From a virus: a stretch of 64,000 bases of DNA. The stretch covers positions 1 to 64,000 of IMG/VR virus record IMGVR_UViG_3300032304_002264. The stretch is one strand, 5' to 3'. The notes under the pieces are model-generated. The model did no database searches and was not told the origin of the DNA. It saw only the letters and a program-made list of their open reading frames with translations. Positions 1 to 9,616 of the stretch are shown piece by piece. Both the position numbers and the translations under genes were made by a program. Numbering within the stretch: position 1 is the first letter of the stretch; each line of letters begins with the position of its first letter.

Positions 1-1
1 C

Positions 2-496
2 GAATTTGTTTCGCAAAGAAAAGATGGCTATTACAATCCAATTGTAGGCGGCATTCCAACGATATCACCGCCAGCACCAAAAACCCCTAAAGAGTCTGGA
101 GCTATCAATACAACTCCTAAAGTTGCTGGTCGCCCAGAAGGAACAACTGGCATTCCGCTTGCCAAAGCTAACGTATCTGTCAAAAACATTCGCGAAGTTG
201 TCGCTAAAATTGAAAATCTTCAAACAGCTATCGAAAAAGATTTAAAGCATTCGCTGTCGCTAGATGCCTTGTCCGATAATCAACAGGAAATGGCAAACAA
301 GTTGTGCGAAACCGTCGTAGTTTCTAGCCATTTAGAAAATTGGAACGAAATAGCATCTTCTTGTGTAAAAGACTTCGAGAATATCGCTTCTTTATCTACT
401 CTACCAGAAGTTTTAGAAGCGGTCGCAGATTTTGACCTAGACGATGATTACTCTGCGGCGCTATTATACCATTCAAAAAAAATAAATGAAAATTAA
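2..496 (+). CDS. C-terminal part of a probable portal protein (5' truncated by window edge)
   Basis: Frame of the 269..496 ORF is open back to base 2 (EFVSQRKDGYYNPIVGGIP...KVAGRPEGTT...). Pro-rich linker with a GRP motif, common in portal C-termini, and position just upstream of protease and capsid genes. Confidence 0.55.
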   Translation, partial: EFVSQRKDGYYNPIVGGIPTISPPAPKTPKESGAINTTPKVAGRPEGTTGIPLAKANVSVKNIREVVAKIENLQTAIEKDLKHSLSLDALSDNQQEMANKLCETVVVSSHLENWNEIASSCVKDFENIASLSTLPEVLEAVADFDLDDDYSAALLYHSKKINEN

Positions 497-881
497 TCCA
501 GAAGACGTTAAAGTGCCGCTTGAAAAAATAGTGGAAGTTAAAAACAGAGAAGTGCAAGTATCCATTGGCAAAATGACAGATACAAAAGCCGCAATGTATA
601 AATCATTTATGAGCGTATGCGCATCAGACGACAAAGCTCTTGTTGACACTACAGATATGGACGATCAATCAACCATGAAAGCTTGCGCGGTTCAATTTGA
701 TAAAATGAAAGCGATGCTTATGGAAAAAAGCGATTCTGGAGAATTGACACCAGCTCAAAAAAAACTTCCACCAGCTCTTCAAAAAGCTATTCTTAAAAAA
801 ATGGACAAATCTTCCGATCCATCTTCTCATGAAAACAAAGAAACTGAAAAAGAGGAGAAAATGGAAGAGGGAGAAGATTAA
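486..881 (+). CDS. Hypothetical head-module protein
   Basis: 131-aa ORF between portal and protease; contains LTPAQKKLPPALQKAILKK and an acidic tail. Confidence 0.6.
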   Translation: MKINPEDVKVPLEKIVEVKNREVQVSIGKMTDTKAAMYKSFMSVCASDDKALVDTTDMDDQSTMKACAVQFDKMKAMLMEKSDSGELTPAQKKLPPALQKAILKKMDKSSDPSSHENKETEKEEKMEEGED

Positions 882-889
882 TTTTCTAT

Positions 890-2449
890 ATGAAATATTT
901 ATATCGTTCTGAATTTACAGCGCCAATCATTTCCTGCAAGTCGGGAGATGATTTTGCTGTATCGCAAGCTTCTTTGTCTAATTTAAAAGATTTTTTACCC
1001 AAAGACATTGACTTTTCTCAGAACATTGATCTGCTTGGCGTTGCATTTAATGCGGCGGTAGTTAATCAATTCAATAAAAACGACGATGGAATCAATGCGG
1101 CTCTTGCTGGCGAAATAACCAAAAACTTCATTCATAAGCCAACTAATATTGAACACAAAAAAGAAAATATTGTCGGTCACATTATCAGCGCTGGATTTAG
1201 CGAATACAATGACGCTAGTAAGATTTTGACCGCTGAAGAAGTCGTCGGGATGACCGATCCTTTTAACATCGCATTAGGCGCAGTCGTTTATAAACAAGTT
1301 AACAAAGATTTCGCGAATCTTATTGAACGTTCGGTAGATCCATCAGATACGATGTATCAATCAATTTCCGCAAGTTGGGAAGTTGGATTTAGCGAATATG
1401 ATATATTGATTGGCAGCAAAAACCTAAAAGATGCTGAGAGAGTTGACCCAAAACATTTTGATGATATCAAGCCGCTGCTAAAAGCTTACGGCGGAAACGG
1501 TTCAATGAAAGATGGAACTAGAGTGTATCGACTGCTTAAAGGGGAAATTTTCCCGCTTGGGATCGGCTTCACAACCAAACCCGCCGCAGATGTAAAAGGT
1601 CTTTATTCCGAAAACGTAACGTCTAAAAACATCACTTTTAAAGACAAAAGGGATATAAAAGCGTATTTTGATATTAAAAATAACATTTTTTCTAAAAAAA
1701 ACGATCCTTTGATTTCACATTTGCATAATGATGATGTAAAAAACAAAAAAGAAACTAATATGGATATCGAACAAATTCTTGCAGAACTAAAAGGTCTTCT
1801 TATCGAGAAAAAATTCTCTGAAGAGGCTGTGGCTAATATGACAGAAACCTTTGCTGAAGCGATTAAAAAGAAAGATGAGCAATACCGCGAATCCATGACC
1901 AAGGCCGAAAAAGAAAAAGAAGAAATGGCCAAGGAGAAAGAGGACATGAAAAAGTCCGTTAAGAAAGTTGAAGAAGAGCTTAAAGCTGCTGTCGAAAAAA
2001 TTCAAGAATTTGAAAACTTCCAGAAACAAGAAGAAGCTGTCGCTTGCTTCAACACTCGCATGGACGCTATCGACCAAGTTTACGAACTTGAAGACGAAGA
2101 CCGCAAAGTATTAGCTTCCGATCTGAAAGAACTCGACCAGTCGGAAGAGGCTTTCGCTTCTTATCAAGATAAGCTCGCTATTATGTGGAAACACAAAAAC
2201 AAAGAATCCAAAGCGGCTTTTGAAAAGCAGATCGAAGCTCGCATTGACGAAGCGGTCGCTAAAAAACTTTCCGTTGCAAACGCTTCGGTGGCTAAAACCG
2301 CTGAAGAAATCACTCAAGAAGCTTTGGAAAACGCAAAAGCGTCCGAAGGAACCCTTCCCAACAACAACGAATCTCAATCTCAACAACCAACTTCTCTTAG
2401 AGAAAAATTCGCTAACGCATTTAGCCGCGACAATATCGTCGTCTCATAA
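890..2449 (+). CDS. Prohead protease-scaffold fusion
   Basis: N-terminal domain with NKNDD, KPTNIEH..IVGHI and SASWEVGF motifs typical of phage maturation proteases; long E/K-rich coiled coil from Met at 1760; upstream of decoration and capsid genes. Confidence 0.75.
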   Translation: MKYLYRSEFTAPIISCKSGDDFAVSQASLSNLKDFLPKDIDFSQNIDLLGVAFNAAVVNQFNKNDDGINAALAGEITKNFIHKPTNIEHKKENIVGHIISAGFSEYNDASKILTAEEVVGMTDPFNIALGAVVYKQVNKDFANLIERSVDPSDTMYQSISASWEVGFSEYDILIGSKNLKDAERVDPKHFDDIKPLLKAYGGNGSMKDGTRVYRLLKGEIFPLGIGFTTKPAADVKGLYSENVTSKNITFKDKRDIKAYFDIKNNIFSKKNDPLISHLHNDDVKNKKETNMDIEQILAELKGLLIEKKFSEEAVANMTETFAEAIKKKDEQYRESMTKAEKEKEEMAKEKEDMKKSVKKVEEELKAAVEKIQEFENFQKQEEAVACFNTRMDAIDQVYELEDEDRKVLASDLKELDQSEEAFASYQDKLAIMWKHKNKESKAAFEKQIEARIDEAVAKKLSVANASVAKTAEEITQEALENAKASEGTLPNNNESQSQQPTSLREKFANAFSRDNIVVS

Positions 2450-2483
2450 TCTACAAAAAAAAACAATCTAATCAAAAAAATAT

Positions 2484-3116
2484 ATGGCACTTAGAACTCT
2501 ACCATTCAGACAATATAACGAAACTGATGTTATCAACATGTTCGCTATGGGAACTGGATTCATTAATGAATCCGTTACCGACAGCGGCAACGGCGATGCT
2601 GGCGTTTTCGTTACCGTGGAATCTGGCAACCTCAATCTCGATACAGTCGTGTATGACAGCGCTTATGATTCTTATCTCGGCAAAACCAATTATCCGCACG
2701 TTGGCGTTAATCAATATCCTCGCGTATCTCTGTCGCTCAAACCAGCGACTTCTGGCGATGCGCTTCTTGGCATGACTCTCCGTCAAACCGCAAAGCTCGA
2801 CGAAAACGGCGAGAAGCTTCTCTACTACCCACAAAAAGCTGAAGAGCTTATGTGTATGCTTCCTGGTCAATCGGTTCCTGTCGCTAATCGCGGCCTGTTC
2901 ACTCTCGCTGCTACCGCCTTCGCGGGTGCTGTCCCAGCGGTCGGATCTGGCTTCAAACTTCCTAGCGGCGTGAGCGGCAGGGTTACAGGCTGCGCTAATA
3001 CCGATGCTCAGAAAATCGGTACGGTTTTGGCTACTGGCTCTCGCACAGCAAGCGTTTCAACCGCAAATCTTTCCGATCCTTTGACTGGCTCGTATGCCAT
3101 GGTCTTATTCGGCTAA
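2484..3116 (+). CDS. Probable capsid decoration/cement protein
   Basis: 210 aa, G/S/T-rich beta-type composition, between scaffold and major capsid genes. Confidence 0.6.
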   Translation: MALRTLPFRQYNETDVINMFAMGTGFINESVTDSGNGDAGVFVTVESGNLNLDTVVYDSAYDSYLGKTNYPHVGVNQYPRVSLSLKPATSGDALLGMTLRQTAKLDENGEKLLYYPQKAEELMCMLPGQSVPVANRGLFTLAATAFAGAVPAVGSGFKLPSGVSGRVTGCANTDAQKIGTVLATGSRTASVSTANLSDPLTGSYAMVLFG

Positions 3117-3142
3117 TAATTACAACTTAGAAAAATAATCAT

Positions 3143-4285
3143 ATGAAAATTACTCTTAAAAGAACTCCAGAACAAATCGAGCTTGTAAAGGCTATGGCTT
3201 CGAAAAATCGCGCTATCGCGACCGAAGCTCAAGTCGCACTTGCTGAGTTCATTGGCCCTGTCTTGGCTGAAGTGATCAACAACGCTCCTACGCTGAGCAA
3301 CTTGTTCACATCTCTCCAGTTCAACGCCGATGACAATCCTAGCATTCCGCTTGACCTCTATTATGATGTCAATGCTGAAGACTACATCGAAGTTTACAGC
3401 CAAAGCGCTGCTGGCGGTCTTCCTCAGAACCAAGTGCTTCCTACTGTTTCTGAAATGAAGATCCATACCTACACTCTTGATTCCGCACTGAGCTTCGATA
3501 AGCGCTATGCAGCCAAGAGCCGCTTGGATGTGATCAGCAAAACCTTCACTCGTCTCGCTCAAGAAATTCTTCTCAAGCAGGAAAAAACTTCCGCCAACCT
3601 CCTTCTTGGAGCTCTTGCGGCTGCTCAAACCAATGGCAAGAGGCACGTTCAACGCGCCAACACCAACGGTCGTTTCCTCTTGGCTGACCTCAACGAGCTG
3701 TTCACTCTCGCGAAGCGTATTAATACGTCTTTCCTTGGTGGCACTCCAGATGCCCGTCAAGGCCGTGGTATCACCGATATCATCGTTTCCCCAGAAGTTG
3801 TTCAAGAGCTCCGTGCTATGGCGTACAACCCCATCAACACCAAAGGTTCGCCCGCTGGTGGAACTGCTGCTGATGGTATCGCTGCTCCCGAAGACATGAG
3901 AGCTGCTATCTATAACTCCGCAGGTATTCCTGAGTTTTATGGAGTTGGCATCATGGAAATCAATGAGCTTGGTCGCGGTCAACGTTTCAACACTGTGTTT
4001 GGTACTGTTGCAGGTTCGACAGCATATACAAAAGCCGATGGAACCAGCTCCGCTGTTTTCAACGGCGCTGCCGAAGAAATCATCATTGGTCTTGATCGTG
4101 GTCGCGAATCTCTGATTCGTGCGGTTGCTGTCGATTCGGAAAACGGTTCGGAGTTCTCCCTGACTGCCGATGACCAATACAGCGTTCGTCAGCAAAAAAT
4201 CGGCTACTTCGGCTCGCTCGAAGAAGGACGTATGGTTCTCGATACCCGCGCTCTCGTTGGCAAGATCGTATCTGGAATTGCTTAA
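3143..4285 (+). CDS. Major capsid protein
   Basis: 380 aa, last gene of protease-decoration-capsid run, codon usage of a highly expressed gene, followed by strong hairpins. Confidence 0.8.
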   Translation: MKITLKRTPEQIELVKAMASKNRAIATEAQVALAEFIGPVLAEVINNAPTLSNLFTSLQFNADDNPSIPLDLYYDVNAEDYIEVYSQSAAGGLPQNQVLPTVSEMKIHTYTLDSALSFDKRYAAKSRLDVISKTFTRLAQEILLKQEKTSANLLLGALAAAQTNGKRHVQRANTNGRFLLADLNELFTLAKRINTSFLGGTPDARQGRGITDIIVSPEVVQELRAMAYNPINTKGSPAGGTAADGIAAPEDMRAAIYNSAGIPEFYGVGIMEINELGRGQRFNTVFGTVAGSTAYTKADGTSSAVFNGAAEEIIIGLDRGRESLIRAVAVDSENGSEFSLTADDQYSVRQQKIGYFGSLEEGRMVLDTRALVGKIVSGIA

Positions 4286-4293
4286 TGTATCCA

Positions 4294-4317
4294 AGCTGGG
4301 AGGTTCGCCTCCCAGCT
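4294..4317 (+). other. Perfect 10-bp hairpin with UUCG loop after the capsid stop
   Basis: AGCTGGGAGG-TTCG-CCTCCCAGCT. Confidence 0.8.
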
Positions 4318-4320
4318 CTC

Positions 4321-4371
4321 AAAACACCCGCCACGCCTCTCAACGATGCGCACCACGGTGGGTGTTTTTTT
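4321..4371 (+). terminator. Intrinsic terminator-like structure with 24-nt internal segment
   Basis: AAAACACCCGCC pairs with GGTGGGTGTTTT (one G-U pair) and is followed by a T run. Confidence 0.7.
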
Positions 4372-4405
4372 GTTTAAATTTAACATTTAAATATTACCAT
4401 AAGAT

Positions 4406-4861
4406 ATGCCTAAGAAGAAAAAAATCACAGAAGAAGCGAACGGAATGATTCAAGAACCCGCGTCCGAATCAATCGCTAGCGCTCCTAAAAAAACACTAAT
4501 TCAAGAAATTGAAGAAATGAAAGCGGCAGGCTTAATTGGCACTCTAGAGTTCACTAGCAAAATGCGCGAATTGGAGGTTGTGCTAGGGGTTAGTCAAATC
4601 AGCCCCTTCGGAACGAATGAGCTAGAAATTTTCGAACAGAATCTCGCCGAAATGTCTCTTTCTGATATGCAAAAATTGGCTTTGAAAATTGGAACAAATC
4701 CATATCACGAAAAGCCAACGCTCAAAAAGAGTCTTATTAGAGAATTCTCTGCTTACACGCGCAATAGTCGCCGCAACATTATGCCTAGTGCTGTGCAGTC
4801 ATTTGTGATTGACCACGACAATCCTAAGCACAAAGAATTATTAAAAATCCTTGCTAACTAA
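4406..4861 (+). CDS. Hypothetical protein (head completion region)
   Basis: 151-aa ORF after capsid gene; no motif recognised. Confidence 0.6.
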   Translation: MPKKKKITEEANGMIQEPASESIASAPKKTLIQEIEEMKAAGLIGTLEFTSKMRELEVVLGVSQISPFGTNELEIFEQNLAEMSLSDMQKLALKIGTNPYHEKPTLKKSLIREFSAYTRNSRRNIMPSAVQSFVIDHDNPKHKELLKILAN

Positions 4862-4867
4862 GTGTAA
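4862..4867 (+). promoter_or_regulatory. GTGTAA element 8 nt before ATG 4876
   Basis: Same hexamer at similar spacing before about ten genes. Confidence 0.65.
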
Positions 4868-4875
4868 ATTAACGC

Positions 4876-5355
4876 ATGAGTACGTTAAGCGGCTTGGCCA
4901 CAGCAATATTTCAAACAGAATTCGACGGCGAGTCAGCCACCATACCACGCTCTTATATTGAGGCGTGGCTTGGCGCTAATTTGGGGTTATTGAATACGCG
5001 CATCAACACATCTTATAGCGGAGTAAACGCTCCACTGGATCAGGAATCTCAAGCGATCTACAAGGAGATGTATATGTCGAACTATTATCGCAAACAATCT
5101 CGTAATGCGCTAAAAGGATTGGTTGGCAATACAGACGGCTCTGACATTTTATCGCTGCGAGATGGAAATAGCGCCGTTACTTTTACGAATAAGAACGAAG
5201 TTTCCAAAGTTTACAAGTCTTTGGCGGAAGAGTCTGAAGCAAAAATCGACAAGCTCGCTCATCAGTATAACATGTATCAGTCTGAGCCTTTACATCTGGG
5301 CGGATTAGAGACTGATGCTGTATTGACTATCGCAGACTACAACACGTTCTTGTAA
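4876..5355 (+). CDS. Probable head-tail adaptor/neck protein
   Basis: 159 aa, helical, downstream of capsid; assignment by position. Confidence 0.45.
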   Translation: MSTLSGLATAIFQTEFDGESATIPRSYIEAWLGANLGLLNTRINTSYSGVNAPLDQESQAIYKEMYMSNYYRKQSRNALKGLVGNTDGSDILSLRDGNSAVTFTNKNEVSKVYKSLAEESEAKIDKLAHQYNMYQSEPLHLGGLETDAVLTIADYNTFL

Positions 5356-5374
5356 GCAAGACGTATAGATAATA

Positions 5375-5404
5375 AAAAAGGCGCTGTGAAAACAGCGCCT
5401 TTTT
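5375..5404. terminator. Bidirectional intrinsic terminator
   Basis: AAAAAGGCGCTGT-GAAA-ACAGCGCCTTTTT between convergent genes. Confidence 0.85.
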
Positions 5405-5429
5405 AGTTTAATGTGTATTTAATAACCTA

Positions 5430-6551
5430 TCAAAATGGAGAGCCCAAACCAGTGAAGCTTCCGCTCATTTGAATACCGTTGGTCGAATCGTTAACGCCAC
5501 CAATTTGAGTACTAAAGGTTAAATCAGCAGTTTTGTTCGAGCCAATCGAGCTGGAAACACTAGAAGAATCGAGCTGAGCATTTCTAAAAGTATATCTAAC
5601 CGCATCTACGTTTGTGCCTGGTCTTTTTATTGTGATTATAATATCATTTTTAGGGTTCGCGTTGACCAAATCAACTAAATTACCACCAGCAGTTTCTGTT
5701 TGCACACCATTTACCGTAAGAGTTGCCGTCACAGGGAAGTCAACCACCCTAGCAAAAGCAAATTTCGAACCAAGGCGCTCAATTGGAGTTCTGCCCAAAG
5801 GAAGAGACATACTAGCGCTTTGGATATGAATTCCATCTGAACCACTAAGCAACGAAATCATTCCGCCAGTACCAAACGTGCCAAAATCAATAGTAACATC
5901 TCCTGGGCGAAGAGCGCTTACAATTGAGTCGAGAGCTCCAGTATTGGGGGTAGGATTTTTCAAACGAATATTGGTTCCAAGCGATGTTCCGCTAATTGGA
6001 TCAACGCCGACATTCCTTCCAGAGTTATTTCCAGAGAATGTAAAGGCGTTCATGTTTATACCTTCAAAGCTAACATTTACAGTAGGAATGCTGCCAACCG
6101 CCAACTCAAGCGAATAATCGGTAAGATACGCATTTCCAATACCAATGCCACCCATTCCGCTCAAAATATTTGAGCCTGTAAATTTGTTAAAGTCAGTGCC
6201 TTCGTTGCTAGTTACGATGTAGAAATTCCTACCAGTGCCATCTTGAATATGTCCAGATGGAAATTGATTAGCAGCTTGAGAGCCAGTAGAAACATAGAAA
6301 CCAAGGGCGCTTTCGTTTCTGCCGTCAGTAAGATAATAGCTAGCATCAAAAGAAACAGTAGGAGTTTCCAGAACGATAGAATCAATACGAGCTAATTCGC
6401 CATATTGGTTAACGTCTTGACGAGCGATGTTGAAATTATAATTGGCTGATTGTACGCGAGCGAGCTGGGCGTGATCGCCACTACCCGTTGAATTGTATTC
6501 TTTGCTGACGTATATGCCTTCTGATTGATAGATTATTCGATTTCGTGCCAT
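5430..6551 (-). CDS. Major tail tube protein
   Basis: 373 aa, beta-rich G/S/T composition; shares motifs with tail proteins at 19740 and 21472; ends at a terminator. Confidence 0.7.
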   Translation of the reverse strand: MARNRIIYQSEGIYVSKEYNSTGSGDHAQLARVQSANYNFNIARQDVNQYGELARIDSIVLETPTVSFDASYYLTDGRNESALGFYVSTGSQAANQFPSGHIQDGTGRNFYIVTSNEGTDFNKFTGSNILSGMGGIGIGNAYLTDYSLELAVGSIPTVNVSFEGINMNAFTFSGNNSGRNVGVDPISGTSLGTNIRLKNPTPNTGALDSIVSALRPGDVTIDFGTFGTGGMISLLSGSDGIHIQSASMSLPLGRTPIERLGSKFAFARVVDFPVTATLTVNGVQTETAGGNLVDLVNANPKNDIIITIKRPGTNVDAVRYTFRNAQLDSSSVSSSIGSNKTADLTFSTQIGGVNDSTNGIQMSGSFTGLGSPF

Positions 6552-6605
6552 AAGTGTTTATCTTTACTTTCTTTACATCAATAACAAAAAAAAGAGAAAA
6601 AAAAA

Positions 6606-7454
6606 TTACAAACGAGGATATCTTTGTTGGTGTATCTCAAAATCAATAAACCCGATAAACAAATCGTTGGCTAGTGACTTTCTTGCTTTGTCGCGTAATT
6701 TGGAAGTTACCACATCTTCAATGAAGAAAAGGGGCTCGTCGTCGTATTGGTTTTTTAATGAATCATAAGAATATGAACCATTTTTAATGTCTCCGTATTC
6801 GGTGGTCGGATTGCCAGAGAATGGAATGGTCGGGAAAACCTCATTGAGACTGTCCGCAAAAATAGAAAGTACGCCATCAAGTTGATAAGAGTTTTCCGCC
6901 ATTACCACCGCTTTCATTTGGATTTGGGTCGTATCTTCGCCGCCAAAAGAAAATGGGGCGTTGTTGATTGATTGACTCGACAAGAAAATCGCGGGGACGA
7001 CATTATCATATGGTTCGATATAAGATTCGTCCGCCGAAAAAACGCGGGAATTTGGCGTATATTTTTTATCGACAATCAAATCTTCTTCGCCGTCGTTAGT
7101 GAAGTAGATGTTAAAATCTTTTACCGCGAAAGAGCCTGATACAGAGGCGGAAGATGCCGCGCCACTGATTAACGCTCGACCATTAGTGAAATCCAAAAGA
7201 AGAGAAGAGCTTCTGGGCTGAAAAGTCCCGCCGACATGCACTCCCGAAGGAATGACCGCACCAGCAATAGAAGAGTCATTTACCCATTGTTTATATGGGC
7301 TACCAAAAGCCTTGAAGCGATCATCGAGACGATCATCGACATAATTATAAAACGAGCCACTTTTATTGGAATACGCTTGCCCCTTTTTTAGAAGATAGTT
7401 GTCAAACCACAGCATGAAAGAGTTGGTGGCTTTGTGTTGGAATTGTTCGATCAT
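6606..7454 (-). CDS. Probable tail terminator/neck protein
   Basis: 282 aa directly upstream of the tube gene on the same strand; by position. Confidence 0.45.
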   Translation of the reverse strand: MIEQFQHKATNSFMLWFDNYLLKKGQAYSNKSGSFYNYVDDRLDDRFKAFGSPYKQWVNDSSIAGAVIPSGVHVGGTFQPRSSSLLLDFTNGRALISGAASSASVSGSFAVKDFNIYFTNDGEEDLIVDKKYTPNSRVFSADESYIEPYDNVVPAIFLSSQSINNAPFSFGGEDTTQIQMKAVVMAENSYQLDGVLSIFADSLNEVFPTIPFSGNPTTEYGDIKNGSYSYDSLKNQYDDEPLFFIEDVVTSKLRDKARKSLANDLFIGFIDFEIHQQRYPRL

Positions 7455-7457
7455 AAT

Positions 7458-8060
7458 TTATTTGAGATTTAGTTGTGAAGATTGAATGGACGAAAATCGT
7501 TTTATATATTTTTGTATAAAAGCGGATACATATTGAACCCGTTTAAAGTTTCCGCCTTGAGATTTTTTAGATAACTGAAAGCCCGCCGTCGATCTTCCTG
7601 CGCCAGACTTATTAACGTAAAAGCCTAATCCAGAAATTCCACTTTCAATACCTTTAGCCCAACTACGCCCACTAGCCCAAGGCATTGGGGTCGCATCGAA
7701 AATAGATGCGGCAGAGGGAATGGTTATGGTGACAAGATAATCCGAACCTTCCCGTATGACAATAAAAGAGGATTCCAAAAGATCCAAGATCGGTTCTATA
7801 GGCTTGTCAGACTCCTCGAATCCTATAAAGCCGAAAAGGTTTCCCTTGCCAGATAATGTGCCAGAAGTATTAGAAGAACTTGGTCCCGCCATGATCTCTT
7901 GCGTGACTGGCAAGCTCAAGAAATCGCGTATCATTTGTTGTTTTATCGTATTAAACTCCTCCTGAATGGATTTATAAAGTTGCGCCTTTAAAGCTTTCGC
8001 GGAATCTTTGCGAGCTTTCTTTAAAACAGATTGAGGGATTATGACTCTGCCGACATTCAT
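7458..8060 (-). CDS. Probable neck/tail completion protein
   Basis: 200 aa, basic, in neck block; by position. Confidence 0.4.
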   Translation of the reverse strand: MNVGRVIIPQSVLKKARKDSAKALKAQLYKSIQEEFNTIKQQMIRDFLSLPVTQEIMAGPSSSNTSGTLSGKGNLFGFIGFEESDKPIEPILDLLESSFIVIREGSDYLVTITIPSAASIFDATPMPWASGRSWAKGIESGISGLGFYVNKSGAGRSTAGFQLSKKSQGGNFKRVQYVSAFIQKYIKRFSSIQSSQLNLK

Positions 8061-8518
8061 TATTCATCAATAGGTGTCAAAAAGAATTCATAATATTGAT
8101 TGCTAAACAATCCAATGGGATTGCCATCGCTACGAATTGAAAAGGAAATGCCGTCGAACTCGACCTTGCGAGCTTCTTTAATAAACAAATATCCTTGGGG
8201 ATCGACAACGATTTTCACAGAGCCGTTCGGCATGATAATTTTATTTTGAGAATCGCTGTCGGCGGAAGAATTAGAGAAAAACTCTTCTTCCATTTTGGCA
8301 TAGTAAATGCGAGCCGAAAATGTTGCAGAAACTGTTTGATATTCAGAAGTATTCGTTGCCCCAGATGTTCCATAAATAGCATTGAACGAGGGAGAGCTGG
8401 CTATTGCGACTCTTTTTGCATTTTTATAAACCGTGATTTCGCGTGAAAATGTATCGTGCAAATCAGCGAGCTTACTAGAAACTCTATCCATGAGTTTTTG
8501 ATTTATTAGGCTGGGCAT
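8060..8518 (-). CDS. Probable head closure/stopper protein
   Basis: 152 aa beta-rich, first gene of neck block; by position. Confidence 0.45.
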   Translation of the reverse strand: MPSLINQKLMDRVSSKLADLHDTFSREITVYKNAKRVAIASSPSFNAIYGTSGATNTSEYQTVSATFSARIYYAKMEEEFFSNSSADSDSQNKIIMPNGSVKIVVDPQGYLFIKEARKVEFDGISFSIRSDGNPIGLFSNQYYEFFLTPIDE

Positions 8519-8526
8519 ATTGAAAT

Positions 8527-8532
8527 TTACAC
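8527..8532 (-). promoter_or_regulatory. GTGTAA element 8 nt before ATG 8518
   Basis: TTACAC on + strand in a 41-bp divergent intergenic region. Confidence 0.65.
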
Positions 8533-8559
8533 TTTTTTTTATATTATAAAATAGATAAA

Positions 8560-8847
8560 ATGGAAGCGAACCAACACTTATTGAAGCAAAGTAAAAAAGA
8601 AATCACCACTTTGTTCAAAAATTATCTAAAGATCCTAGAGGATATGAAAGCCGATCATGATTTTCATTATAACAAGCTTTACGATTTAATACCAGAAGAA
8701 TACCACAATATCATCACTGCCGCAAATCATTTTACGCCCGAAAAATTAAATTGGATTCGCAAAAGAATACTTGACGGCGGCAACGAGTCGTTGAGAAACT
8801 TTGTTGAAGAAATGGAAAATTATCAAATAGCATTTATATTTAAATAA
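8560..8847 (+). CDS. Hypothetical protein
   Basis: 95-aa ORF, TAAAAT shortly upstream. Confidence 0.6.
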   Translation: MEANQHLLKQSKKEITTLFKNYLKILEDMKADHDFHYNKLYDLIPEEYHNIITAANHFTPEKLNWIRKRILDGGNESLRNFVEEMENYQIAFIFK

Positions 8848-8851
8848 CATT

Positions 8852-9613
8852 ATGGAAAAAGGATTTAAAGAATTGTATAGCTTCTCTGTTGACAGAGAGG
8901 TAGAAAAGGAAGTCAGCTCCACTAAAAAAGACAAGAAAACAGGAGACGAAATCAAGGTGACTAAAAAAGTCAAGGAGATGGAGCCTTTGGTAATTAAGCT
9001 CAAAAAGCCTTCCCGCCGTGAACTTGAGGAGGCTGAGCTAGAATTTAGCGTTGAAATGAGCAAGTGCATTAAAAAGGGCATTCTCACTAAAGCTATGTTG
9101 GCTAAGAAGTATAGCGACACGGGAGGTCTTATGAGCGAAGACGACGCTCAAGAACTTGTGGACAACTACAAAAAGATTTTCGAATTACAGTCGGAATATT
9201 CAAGATTGGAAATCGTTCAAAACAAAACCGAAAAACAAACCGCTAGAGTTTCTGAAATAGCAGCCGAACTGCAAGTAGTTCGTCGCAAAATCGTGGAAAC
9301 CGAATCTAACTACCAATCTCTTTTCGATCATACCGCTGACGTAAAAGCTCAAAATAGATTGATTCTGTGGTATGTTATTATGCTCACCTATATTCAGGGC
9401 GCTGATGATGAGAGTCCAAAGCCTTATTTTGGCGTTGGTGACTTTGATGATAAGCTCGAAGAGTATTACAAACAAGAAGAATCCGACGATTCGCTATATT
9501 TCTTGATTACAAAGAAAGCTGCGACAATTTTCGCATTCTGGTTCTTCAATCAAGCTTCAGACAAAGATTCTTTTGATGATTTAATGAAGAGAGTCGAGAC
9601 TGGTGATATTTAA
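8852..9613 (+). CDS. Probable tail assembly chaperone
   Basis: 253 aa, charged and helical, two genes upstream of the tape measure. Confidence 0.5.
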   Translation: MEKGFKELYSFSVDREVEKEVSSTKKDKKTGDEIKVTKKVKEMEPLVIKLKKPSRRELEEAELEFSVEMSKCIKKGILTKAMLAKKYSDTGGLMSEDDAQELVDNYKKIFELQSEYSRLEIVQNKTEKQTARVSEIAAELQVVRRKIVETESNYQSLFDHTADVKAQNRLILWYVIMLTYIQGADDESPKPYFGVGDFDDKLEEYYKQEESDDSLYFLITKKAATIFAFWFFNQASDKDSFDDLMKRVETGDI

Positions 9614-9616
9614 TCC

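Noticed and set aside
3113-4294. 393-aa antisense ORF over the major capsid gene
   Set aside because: Mirror frame of a codon-biased gene; no recognisable motif or initiation signal.
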